Of a stretch of 64,000 nt of DNA, positions 26,531-38,675 are shown piece by piece. Position 1 is the stretch's first letter; the number at the start of each line of letters is the position of its first letter. Under the pieces are notes generated by a model. It saw nothing but the letters and a program-made list of their open reading frames with translations, did not search any database and had not been told where the DNA came from. Origin of the DNA: Callorhinchus milii (Eukaryota); NCBI RefSeq assembly GCF_018977255.1, contig NW_024704747.1, positions 21,266,001 to 21,330,000 of the forward strand, read 5' to 3'. A program made the position numbers and the translations under genes.

Positions 26531-26859
26531 TGGATTGATGGCAGCCAGGTGTGGGCTGAGTCAGCAGACTCCAGGGCACTATTTACTAGAAATCTGCTTA
26601 AACGCAGATAACACGCTACCTTTCCGTGCTGCCCTCAACTGCACTATTTAACCCCGAAACAATCTTCAACGCAGATAACACCCTCTCTGTCTTTGTAACC
26701 CTCATCTGCACTATTTAACCCCCGAAGCACCTTTGCAAGAATCGTAAATGCAACACTTGAAGCCCCGAACCTCACCCAGTCTCAGAGCATTTTGCCTTAA
26801 GATTTAAAATCGCGCAGGACAGAGGAAATTTCCTGCATTCCACCTTAGTAATGTATCGT

Positions 26860-27235
26860 ACTGGTTAGAGCACTCGCATCACAAGCGAGAGAATCCGGTT
26901 TCGATTCCGAGGCAGGGCAAAACCTTAGGCAAGTTTCCAGAAACTTGTTTACCTAGCAGTAAGTAGGAACCCGGTTGTTAGTTAATTGGTGGGTCGCTTT
27001 TCCGGGGGTAATAATCCCTTCAAAAAAATCAAATAACGAATAGATAATAGATAATAATAATAATTTGGTCACTCGATCCACGACTATTTGTCGGACACTG
27101 CTGTGGGCAATTGGCTGCCATATTTCACCGACAATATACAGTCAATTCACTTTACAGTATATTACGTGAAGTGCTTTGAGATGTCTTGAAGATGTGATAA
27201 GGCGCTATATCAAATGCAAGGATTATTATTATTAT
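26860..27235 (+). mobile_element. tRNA-derived SINE, long subtype
   Basis: tggttagagcactcgc...ggtttcgattcc head, gtttacctagcagtaagtaggaacccgg block, (TTA)n tail. Confidence 0.9.
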
Positions 27236-27599
27236 AGTACAAAAATAGGTAGATTTTGAGACAAACCTTGAACACCTTGATGTCATCAGCAAATGTCATT
27301 ACTTTACACTGGGTCTGGGAATCCAGGGGTTAATGTTGGTTGGAAACATCAACTGATTTATACATATATATATATCAAAAATATCTTTTACCCTCTGAAT
27401 GATCCTTTCTGTTTTGCAGCAAGGTTAATAGTAATCTATGAAGTGCTTTGAGAAGTCTTGAAGACGTGATACGGCGCTATATCAAATGCAAGGATTATTA
27501 TTATAATCCTACTTTCAGAGGAGTGTGGCTACCGTCCATTGTAATATTGTTCTGTTCCTCCTTATAGTCCACATTAGCAAAACCACAAGGGTGGGGGGA

Positions 27600-27895
27600 A
27601 CGTGCATTGTCAGGAGGTGGGCATTTGGCTGAGACATTAAAACCTATTTGCCTGTTCAGGTGGACGCTAAGGATACCCTCGGTACCTTTTGGAAAGATAA
27701 GCGAGTTTCTCTTGGTGTTCCAGCCAACAATCCTCCAAATAAAATTGGTTATTCACTTCATGGCTGTTTGTGCGGATTGCTGCGTGCAAATTGACTGCTG
27801 CATTCGTTTACAATCAGTAACTACAGTCCTTTGTAAAGTGCTTTGAAACTTTCTCCACAAGTTTTGGCACTGTATCAAATGCAAGGATTATCGAT
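27600..27895 (+). mobile_element. Deu-domain-type SINE fragment
   Basis: gcctgttcaggtggacgctaagga core plus 3' body. Related fragments lie at about 6700-6950, 7660-7930, 43320-43625, 48090-48470, 49070-49200 and 53930-54250. Confidence 0.72.
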
Positions 27896-30800
27896 ATTTT
27901 TATTGTATTCCCGGTTGCCTTGAAATAAAGGCAATTTGGAAAAAACGCAATTGCATAAGGTGCCTATAAAGCTGTCATTTTGAAATGTTTAGTAAACCTG
28001 CAAATGCCAAGTGCAGAATTTAAAGCAGCAGAAAGCGAGGCTAAGCCACTTTTATGAGGAAATTGGATAAATATTTGAAAAGGAAAAATATAAAAGGGTG
28101 TGTAGAGGAAAAGGCAAGAGACTCTTAACTTTTAAGGCTGTTCAACCATCGTGGATATTCAGCATAAAATTTATTCCAGTTTATAATGGAAGTTACTGAA
28201 CTTGAGTGAATTTGATCATAACAGCCTGTGTAATGCAAAGAGGAGACAGGAAGTATCCCAGTCTTTCACCACTAGCTGTTTCTATAGGTCTTCACAAATC
28301 CTTTTTATTTTGACTTATTTTGCCTCTCCAGCAGATTTTAGAGATTGAAGCTGCACCTTAATCTTTCTCAAGCTCAAATTCATCGTCTCCATCTCCAAAA
28401 CAATCCCTCTCTTTCTCTGCATTAGTTGGGCACAGTTCCATTTTGAATACTTCTAACAGAGGATACCTGGGATTCCTCCTAACGTAACCTGTAAGGCCAT
28501 TTTTGTCTTCAAATTTAAGATCGCAAGGAATTGTGAATAATTCTTAAATGCATTCCTGTCTTTGGAAGCTGATTCTTTTTAAGAACTGTGGAATGCCCGG
28601 TTGACAAATTAAAACTGAATTTAGGAATTTTCTACAATTCTTTTTGCCAAGGCAAGACAGTCTTAACGGGCTAAGATGAGATGAAATTTAAGGTTTAAGA
28701 CTTTGGTGCGTCGGTAGTCGGAAAATATCTTGTAGATAAAGGGGGAGGGGGAAGAACATTGGGTTACACCAGTGATTTATAACTCTACTTTTCATGCTTA
28801 GGCTGCTTTTGGAATAAAATGCTCCCACTGGGGTAAGACTCCTTGGAGTAAAGTGGAATAGTCTCTGTAACTGCCTATGACAGTCTATATTTCTTCACCT
28901 AAACTGCTGCTCACCTCATTGTCTTAAACCATTAATCTTACAATGGGAAATGCTATTCGGCTGTGTTTTTCCATTACATTTTACAAGGCTTCACTGCGGT
29001 TGCTGTAGCCTTTGGTGTTGACCAGTCGTCCCTGATCCTGTTCAATTATACAGTGAAAAATTATAGCTTATGTTCTCAATTCTCACATGCAATAAAGTGG
29101 GGGAGGGGAGGGGTGTGTTTTACTCATGCTTAATGGCACCCGGGGAGGTGATGAGAACAGATCAACTGTTCTACACTATTTCTGCTGCTGGCCTCATCTA
29201 AGCAGAACAGTCAGGCAGGTCGCAAGGGGATGTAGCAACAGACAGAATATTGGTGGATGCCATGGGCGAATGGAGTAGGAGTCAATAGTCAATAGGCTGG
29301 GAGGAGGGGTGAGGAGGAAACACTATAGGTTGGCAGAGCTGTGCCCAACAAGAAGTCATAATAATCATCCTTGAATATACATAATGTCAGGAACATCTCA
29401 AAATGTCTGCAAAGTGTAGTGACTGTATTTGTAGGTGAATAGGGCGGTCAGTATTTGGATAGAATCCCTCTTCTGGGAACTAAGATTGCATGGAGTGACA
29501 TTTGGAGTGATACAGCGCAGAAACAAATCATTTGTCCCAACTAGTCCGGGCCAGTGTTTATAATTCACACGAGCCCCTTCACCCCTACCCCCCCACCCCC
29601 CCACCTTTCTATTCCTCTCTCCTACATCCCTTTTTGTCTGCTTCCTCATATGACTAGAGGAGACTAGGTCTGAGCCTGACCAGCCTATGTACAGTGCTTC
29701 CAGGTCACCTCTTGTCCCACTCCATTTGACTACTGACTCAGGCCCCATTACGCTCTTCCTACACCCAAGTAATATCTTGTCAGGTGCTGCATGGCCCCTG
29801 GTGACCTGCCTTCCGTCTACAGAAGTTATTGTGTAGCTTTTCTGCAGAGCGGATGACGTTTTTCACACAGATAGTGAGCACAACCTTGCACATCTCAGTC
29901 AATATTTGCCATGGATATTTCAGACCACCTTGAACGCTGATCTCCTGAACTCTGACCGTGTCCCCCCACCCACCAGGACAATTGCTGAAGGCATTAGTGA
30001 CAGAGTGCGTACATTTGAGCAGGAGCTTGGGGATCATGTTCGTGGGGACATTCAGGGCAAACGAGCTGATGTTTTCTCTCACAAGATATACAGTCGCTAC
30101 ACTTTACAGCAAATCCTGTGTAACACTTTGAGACATCCTCCGTACATGAAAGGCGCTTTAGCAAATGCGAGAATTAATTATTATTATTATATTATTTTGA
30201 TGATGTTGGGTCTCTCTCCTGAAATACACAGGCCTCAAAGACAAAGATCTATCAAAGCCAGTGCAGGTCTGCAGTAGTACAAGGGAAATTTGGAGATGTT
30301 GCCAAAGCCCTGAAGTGTATGGAGCAGCCCTGACCAGTTCTGCACTGCACTGTTTCTCTTCCTTCTTTTCATTAAGTGAGTTTGAATCGTAGATCATTTT
30401 GATGATTGCGAATTAGCTTTCTGTTTCTCGTGTTTAAACTGAGACTGAGATAAATTAATCAACATTGAGACAAATACACAGACACCAGACTTGGCAGCGA
30501 TTCCCTCTGAAGCCCTGCAAGATGGTTAGATGTCGTAGGCAACCATATCGACTTCACAAATTGTTCCTTCCTGAGGGAACTGGTTCACATATATAGAGCA
30601 ACATGGATGCAGTAATTTTGATACTACCCTCAGCTCTCCTGCAATTATTTCAAGCCTGCAATCTTGTTCAGAGAATTAAGGAATCACAACAAACCATTAC
30701 ATAATAGCTGAAATGCTGTTAATCTGATTATTAGGGTGAGATGTGACTATATTAATCTAACTCTAATTTTTCTGCTTGTTTTATGATGTACTAAAACCTG

Positions 30801-31039
30801 GGTGATTTAAGGGTGGAATATCTATGCCTTGGCTAGTTACTTGATTGGTCACAAATCTGTCACATTTTTACTCTACATGTGCAAGTGCTGTCGGCTCCAC
30901 TATATGATCCCCCTTCTAAGTCCCCACCTAATTTTGTTTCCCTGTCTTCAAAGTCCTTTCAAAAAAGTTTGCCTTTTTGACTGTGCCCTCAGTCACCTTC
31001 CCCCTGCTTCCCACCCATGCTCAGTGTTCTGCACAAGAT

Positions 31040-31280
31040 CCCTAGATTTGATGCTCCATCATAGCATCAAACTGCTTTTTAAATAAGTCCAGTGACTTGG
31101 ATTCACCCACTCTTCCTGGCAACCTATTCCACTTGTTAATTTCCCTCTGAGTAAAGAAAAACTTGGTGTCAGTCCTGAAATTGCCCTTTGCAAGTGTAAA
31201 CCTGTGTCCTCTTGTTCTACTGTCCTGGTGCATCGTAGAGGATTATTCTGGGTTTACTTTTCCAATCCCATTTACCCTTC
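31040..31280 (-). mobile_element. CR1 3' fragment
   Basis: RTRGHRFTLAKGNFRTDTKFFFTQREINKWNRLP translation. Confidence 0.85.
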
Positions 31281-31869
31281 ATGTAAAGCACTTTTGAGTC
31301 ATTCTCATATGTGAGAGGTACTCGATATACTTATGTTATGTACAAGTTATATCCCAGTAACTAATGAGCTATCCAACACTCCGAGTAACTACATTTGACT
31401 GATGCCTGATACTGGCAGTATTACTTGTGAAGCACTTTGAGCCATTTCAATGGGAAGAATTAATAACATGCACAATCTTTCTTTGACTTTCTTCCTGAGG
31501 ATTTCTGACTATTTCCTTTCTACGTTGATAACGTGACCTAAAGTGCAGTGTAGGTGTAACAAGAAACAGTCCTGGAGTGTTGTCTGGGTAATCACAGTGC
31601 CTCAGACAGCAGAGGCTGAAAAGATAATGACCTTGTCTAAATATAATAAATAAACTGCTTTAATCTTCACGGGCTGACTCCATCAATCTTGGAAAGGTTA
31701 CCGACCGGCGTGTTTAAAAACATAGGAGGGATGCAGAATGTAATGAGAAAAGGAGTTTGAGTCCCATCAAAGACACGTGCTTAAACTGCTACAAACTGAG
31801 ATCAATAAATTTATATTTCCATTGGTTCACCCTTTACCTGCCAGTATCAGGCATCAGTCTTAATTGTTT

Positions 31870-32268
31870 GTGGCGTCCTGTAGCTAAGAGGTTAGAGCAC
31901 TCGCCTTGCGAATGAGAGGACCCGGGTTTGATTCCCGGGCAGGGTGAAATATTAGGGAAGTTTCCTTACTCCACACGCCTCTGTGTACCTAGCAGTAAAT
32001 AGGAACCCGGTCATTAGTCAATTGGCAGATCGCCTTTCCGGGGGTAATAATCATTCAAAAAAAATAAAGTAATAATAATAATTTGGTTACTCAATTCACG
32101 ACTGTTTGTGGGACACTTCTGTGCGCAATTAGGTGGCTCGTTTCTTTTACAAAATATACTATCAATTCACTTTACAGTATATGCTGTGAAGCGCTTTGAG
32201 ATTTCTCAAAGACGTGATAAGGCGCTATATCAAATGTAAGGATTATTATTATAATTATTATTATTATT
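31870..32268 (+). mobile_element. tRNA-derived SINE, full length, long subtype
   Basis: Head gtggcgtcctgtagct...ggttagagcac, internal block and tail present. Confidence 0.92.
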
Positions 32269-32963
32269 TACAATAAGCAGGCTGTGCTAACAGTATCCAC
32301 AGATCACCAGTGTTCAGTAACAAACTTGTGTGCTTGTCTGTGGCTTGATTTAGGCACAGGTAAAGAATGACAACTTGCACCTACGTAGCATCTTTCACAT
32401 AGGATGGTGTCTCGAAGCACTTGAGCAGAACTGGGAAAGTGAGTATGGGGGGTTGGAATAGTAGGGAATCTTTTCTGTGAAGGTCCATTTATTACCTGAC
32501 ATGTACTCATACGCACTTTCCTACAGGGATGACAGGATAGGAGAGGTGATGCTGGCTGGTTTCCTTCCCCTCCCCACCCCCATTGACAATAAGGCTAACT
32601 GTGCCTCCACCACTGCCCCAGCTAAGATCAGCTAACTTATTGCACACTAGGCAAGATACCAGCTCCTAACCAAACCTCTTCCCCGCTGCCAAGTGCACTG
32701 ACGTTACAGAGTTTAGTTTGTACCTGCAGAAGATATTATACATTCCTTGTCCCACAGGAACTCTGTCCACCTCACACCCACAAAGGTCCAGAGCACCACA
32801 GCTTTGCTGAATTTTTAGCCACACAGACAGAGGTTGTTAGTTACAGAGCCCAACAGAGCAGGAACCCGCAAACCCCCTCAAACAGCAATGCCAATCCCCT
32901 GACACAGCCGTCAGCAAGAACCATAAAAATCTGCAGCACAGAAAGAGGCCAATCAGCCAACAA

Positions 32964-33330
32964 TCCTGTAGCTCAGTGGTTAGAGCACTCACCTCGCACG
33001 CGAGACGACCTGGGTTTGATTCCCGAGCAGGACGAAAGGTTGGGCAAGCTTCCTTACTCCACATCCCTCTGTTCACCTAGCAGTAAGTAGGAACCCGCTT
33101 GTTAGTCGATTGACAGATCGCTTTTCCAGGAGTAATAATCCCTTAAAAAAAACATTTGGTCACTCAATCCACAACTGTTTATGGGACACCGCTGTGCGCA
33201 ATTGGCTGCTGTGTTTTGCTCACAAAATATATAGTCAATTCACTTTACTGTATATTCTGTGAAGCGCTTTGAGACTTCTCGAAGACGTGATAAGGCGCTC
33301 TATCAAATGCAAGGATTATTATTATTATTA
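32964..33330 (+). mobile_element. tRNA-derived SINE, full length, long subtype
   Basis: Head tcctgtagctcagtggttagagcac, internal block and tail present. Confidence 0.92.
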
Positions 33331-35860
33331 TAGATAAAATTGGTTGTTCACTTCATGTCTGAATGTGGGTGGGATATTGCTGTGCACAAATTGACCACTG
33401 CGTTTTCTCTACACAAAGTCACTACACTTTACAGTGAATCCTGTGAAACATTCTGAGGTATCTTCCTGATGTGAAAGGCGCTGTATCAAATGTAAAGATT
33501 ATTAATATTATGACAGTCCAGCTAGTTTCAGACAGAGTGTAACCAGCTTAACTCTCACATTATGACTTTGAGATGCAGCTACATTCAGGGCGATAGAGCA
33601 GTTCCCCCACATTATATCAACGACATGGCCAATTCCGGTACATCTTATATCTCCTTAATACTCTCACTGGCCATAAGGCACCACAGGACTCAGCGTCACC
33701 TGGTGTGGAACAGTGACTGAGTGGCTGATTGACTTGGTGATAGCTTGGGAGTGTCAAACGACTTACGGTGCAGATGTGTTCTTAAGATAAAAGAGTCTCG
33801 GATATGATGTTATCCCTCACAGTCGATAAAAATAATTTATCTCACATGTAATATGTCTAGACTGGTTACCGACACGAGGAATGTCTCATTCTTCTGAGTC
33901 CTCATATCAGACCATAAGACAAGGCGAGAAAAGGTAACAGGCACCGAATCTCCTTCCTCCAGCAGATTATCTTCGCCATCAAGGCATCCGCCTGTATTTT
34001 GAAGTAACCCTGTCTTTGCCTGTGTTATTTGCTCAATGGATTATTTCCATCCATTTCTTTTGTGAAAATATTCTTCCTGACATCTGTTCCAAATCTCTCT
34101 CTCTCTGGCTTCCTCCGTCTGCGCTCTTCCTGTATGTATCCGGGCTCACTTTGAAGTCAACTACTGCTAGGTTTGTCCACAAAACGGGAACGGCACTTCA
34201 AAGCAACTGATCATGTGAAGCGTTTCAAGACATGTCTATGTTTATAAGATACTTTATTCAAGGCAAGAATTATTATGATAATAGTCTGGCGCTATCTGTA
34301 CCTCAAAATACTCGGTACACTTCAAGCGATATACTCCAAAGTGCTCCGAGACACTGTTCCACGTGAAGACCCTTATATATTGTCAATGCAAGTTGTGGTT
34401 GAGATTTCCTTTTTTTCCCCTGGACTCTAATCTTTGATGCCCATTCTTTTTATACTGCGCTTTCATTGGTAGTCTTTTTGCTCTTTTCTGCTGCTGGTTT
34501 ACCTTTCGTTATGTAGCTGTTATTTCATGCAGGCGTAAACTCCAGGGGTATCCAAGGTAAATCTCCAAGTGGGTCGAGACTCTGTTCTGAATGAAGGGCT
34601 CTAATTAATGCAAGTCATTGTTGGTGTTATAGGAAAAGGGGCAGGTAAAGGGGACTGAAAAGATTTTTCTATAAAAGAGCCAGCACAGACAAAAAAAATG
34701 GCTTTTTTTCTGTGCTGTAACGGTTCTGTGGGTAGAGCTTTGGTCCATCTAGTCTTTGTGGATTGGGGACCAAGACTAGCTCTAGTTGTGACTCTGCTTC
34801 TGACGGCTCCGTTGCATTGTAAAGCCCCAATACCAACCAGTAAAACACAAGCATTAAACAGCAAACCTTTGGTATAACTTCTAATTCCTCCTTATTGAGC
34901 ATCATATTGAAGGATAATCCTTGCCTTTTTTTCCAGAGTTGGGATAAAACCTCACAAGTAAAAGCTCAGAGCTGTGAAACCGTTCCCCAGTTGTACAATA
35001 CATGGTGTTGATGACCAGTCAGTATACATCGCATATATGAGAGCTTCCATCAGCAGAATAATAGCCAGCTAGACTCAGACATCTCTCGTTGGGAGCTGAG
35101 AACTCACCATATGCACAATTAATTACACTCATATCAGATCTTTTGTTTCAGAGTATCTTGAGTGTAAATCAGAAGTTAGTGACGTCTGGTTTTGTATTTC
35201 TCTGACCAGGTTATTGCTGTAAGGATTGTGTGTGCTGTGCCTCACACCCCTGCATCATGTGACTGTTTACTCTCCATTTGAATGGAGGACAACGTACAAT
35301 TCTTTACCAGTCTCACGCCTCAATCTGTGTTTGTCAATTCCCCGTCACAGTAGATAAGAGACTCAGATGGTCACATCTGCCATTGGCTCTTTGATATCTC
35401 AACACTCAGAAATCCTCATGGTCTTAATGATTAATGATCCAGTTTAGACTGAGTCACTGGAGGAGGTTCTTGAAGATAGAAGGATCGTTCTCAACTCAAA
35501 CTGAACCTGCCGTAGCTCAACTCTGGATTAGGTTACACCCCGGGTTCAGTCAGGCTCTGGGTTTAGCAGCAAGGCTGCTATAAACCACTCGTTGCTCCTC
35601 CGCTGAAGATACTGAGGAATGATTCTGTATCTGCTGAGCACATGACAGTAGCTCAGCCATATGTACATTCCTCGCGAGTCAGCCGGTGACAGTGAGTGTT
35701 GGCAGCCTGTGCGGGAGGTCACAGCAGAGCCTGATCTTGGAATCAGGGCCATTCGAAGAGCAAGAATCACGCTTCATTTTTCCTCCATTCTGCGTTTCAA
35801 AGTGACCATGATACCAGGCCGACAGCATCTCCATGGTATCAGCCTCCAGACAGCCCTGGA

Positions 35861-36849
35861 TGAGGGAAGGAGTGCACTGCACTCTGCCCATCAGAAAACC
35901 TGTGGGTCCATTGGAACAGTGTGAGGCAGTGTAGCTGCTGCAAACTGGTGACCGAGACTGGGACACCGAGCGGTCAGTCAGGCTCCAGGTTGTTACTGTC
36001 GTTTGTCTAAGCCGTTTCCTGTATTCTTTATCCCACAGTCACACCACTCGGCTCCTGGTGGGCAAGCACTCTGGTGTCTGAAAGCAGCATTCGCACTGAG
36101 TTAGAGTAGCACAAGACAAGGTGCACCCTTTATCGCTGTCCTTTTACTAAACAGGGTAAACACCAGGGCCAGGCCAATTGGCACAGCACAACAAAGTCTT
36201 GTTTCACCTGAGGTTTTGGCTCCGACAGTCACACGAACGGACATGATCCCAACACCTTCCAAACTAAACAGGTGTGACTGTGGTTAGAAGATGGGCCGGG
36301 TTTAACGGTGGAAACGTACAGGAGAGAGCGGCCCATCTCACAGGGGAGACTGCCTCACACGGGACACAGTGTACGTACAGCAGAAGCAACCATTGTGTTC
36401 CCTCTGACATGAACTGAAGACCAAATAGTCCCCAGCACAACCATAACCTCTGACCATGATATCCCACACAAGTCAGGGCAGGAGTCATGTTACCCCTCAG
36501 AATAATCACATGACCCATGCTGACCCCTTAGCATCTGCAGATCTGCTGTCCGGCGTGGAGGCCACTACATAAATCCAAGTTGTTGTTGCTGTTGTTTAGG
36601 AAAAACAACATCCGCCTTCTCCTTCTCCTTCTGCTTTTCCTGTTTACTCTCGTCTTTTTCTGGCTTTTAAAACATAAACCTTCAGATACCGAGAGGCTAC
36701 AGGTTGCAGCCCCATCTCGCCGCCAACTAAAATAAAAGAGATAGCTCGACTGTGGACACATCAGAAAATGGACAAACCTGCCCCCAATCCTCTTTGTTAT
36801 CTCAAGACTTTTCATTATTATGCCTCACGTTCGCTCGTCGTTTGAAAAT
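35861..36849 (-). repeat. Inverted segmental duplication, right copy (blocks B and A)
   Basis: Reverse complement of 3270-3760 and 2224-2556. Confidence 0.96.
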
Positions 36850-38459
36850 AGTATATATTTAAGTGTTGTACTATTCTTTTGCAGGATTTAGTTCTGCTGG
36901 GTACATTTGGAGGGTGTCGAGGGTTGGTGAGAGTTCATACACATACAGGCATCAGTATGAATATCCTACTTACTGCTCCCATTTCATATGGCCCCATCAA
37001 CTCAGGCCTGCTTCCCCTCCACTCTGCCTGACCATTTAGAGGGTGGGGGGGGGCGGGGTAGATTTGCTTTTCATCGCTTTCCCACTCCCACCCATCCCAC
37101 TTTCTGTAAATTCTTCTACTTTGCTAGCTCCCTCCCTCTCAAAACCCATGTACAACGTTCCTCTCTCTTTGACACCACCTTTGTTCACCTTCTGCTTATC
37201 TCCCACTTCCCCCCAACACACACACACACACACACATCTCCCACCCAGCTCTGGTTCCTGCTGTTACCATAAACTGCTTTGAGACTCTCTTATTGAAAAA
37301 ACATTAAATGTAAATTGCTATCCTTTGAGCACAGTGTGTGGTCCTCGTGCGCTCCCCTGTGGCCAGCTAAGGGAATGTTAAATATCCAATGACACTTAAA
37401 AAAGAGTTTTTCCCAGTGTTTATCCCGGCCAACAATTCCCCAGATAAAATTGGTTATTCACTTCACAGCTGTTTGTGGGGACATTGTTGGGCGTAAATTG
37501 GCTGCTGCATTTGCTTACAAATGAGCGCTAAGGGAACATTTCACTGATGTGATAAAGCATTGTATCCAGTGCAAAGATGTGTTTCATTGTTATGAAGGAT
37601 TCAGCTCAAGAATGCTCCAAATCATTCATTCATTGCCAGAATGATCAGAGATCTGGAAACTCACTTCACTGAGCTCCCTGAAGAGAAAACTGAAGTTGAT
37701 CAGATAATGGAAAGAGACTGGAATAACTGGGGAAATAAAAAGGATTTAGAGGGCAGTTCTGTATATAAATGTACCATTAATCTCTCTCGCCCTGTCCTCC
37801 CCTTATAACGTCATGTCAGTTCCATCAGGCCTATCTCGTTTCTTTGTTAATGAATAATATATCATTGCAAGTGCTTTTTTTCTCATGAGTGCAAATTCAC
37901 TGGCAATAATGTGCAACAAATACATGGAAAACGAACCAAGACCTTTGGATACAGGATAAGTCTGATCTGGGAGGTGGAAAAATATTGAAGATTAATGGCA
38001 GTGACAGGTACTTATGGTGCTTATGTCAGTCAATATCTTCCTCATACCCTACTTACACTGCATCGATCGATCTCAATGTATTTGGTTGGCATGGCAATTC
38101 CTACATGAAGCGTTGTATCTGTGTGCATCTGTGGGTGAGATACAGGCAGCATTTTATTTTGTCAGACAAGTGTCTGACACATGCAGAAACCCATCACTGT
38201 GCTTACGAGTATCCAAACCAGACAGATATGCATTTCGCCGACACCCGGAAATTTCCCTGCATCTGGAACAGAAGGCGCACTCTCTCCCCAAAAGACATGC
38301 CCTGCTTACCCAATTCTGGGGAGTATTAGGCTCAGGTTGACAAGAGCCAAGGCTCGAGGCTTCCAGAATTTGCACTGAGGTAACAGATGGAGACTAACTA
38401 ACTAAAACTGCATGGCTTGCCATCGAGAGCACTGTCTGGCAAGCTTCCCACTGCTTGTA

Positions 38460-38675
38460 GTTCTCTCGACTCTCTACCCCCTCCTCGCTCCCTCCCTCCC
38501 TTCCCTCCCCTCACCCTGACCATTTCCCCCCTCCTCGCTCCCTCCCTTCCCTCCCCTCACCCTGACCATTTCCCCCATGCTCGGGTCCCGACCCAACTGT
38601 CCAGCGCCTTGGGACGTCCTCCCAACGTGAAAGGCGCTCTATAAATGAAATCTTGTTGTTGTTGTTGTTGTTGTT
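38460..38675 (+). mobile_element. L2 3' UTR and tail
   Basis: ctgtccagcgccttgggacgtcctcccaacgtgaaaggcgctctataaatg followed by (GTT)n. Confidence 0.85.

Noticed and set aside
33730-33975. Cluster of GATA-like words
   Set aside because: Only about four true WGATAR matches in AT-rich sequence, not convincingly above background.
35861-36358. Telomerase RNA, or miR-34/449 (aggcagtgtag match)
   Set aside because: No CTAACCCT template. The miR-34-like match is only 11 nt and has no supporting hairpin.
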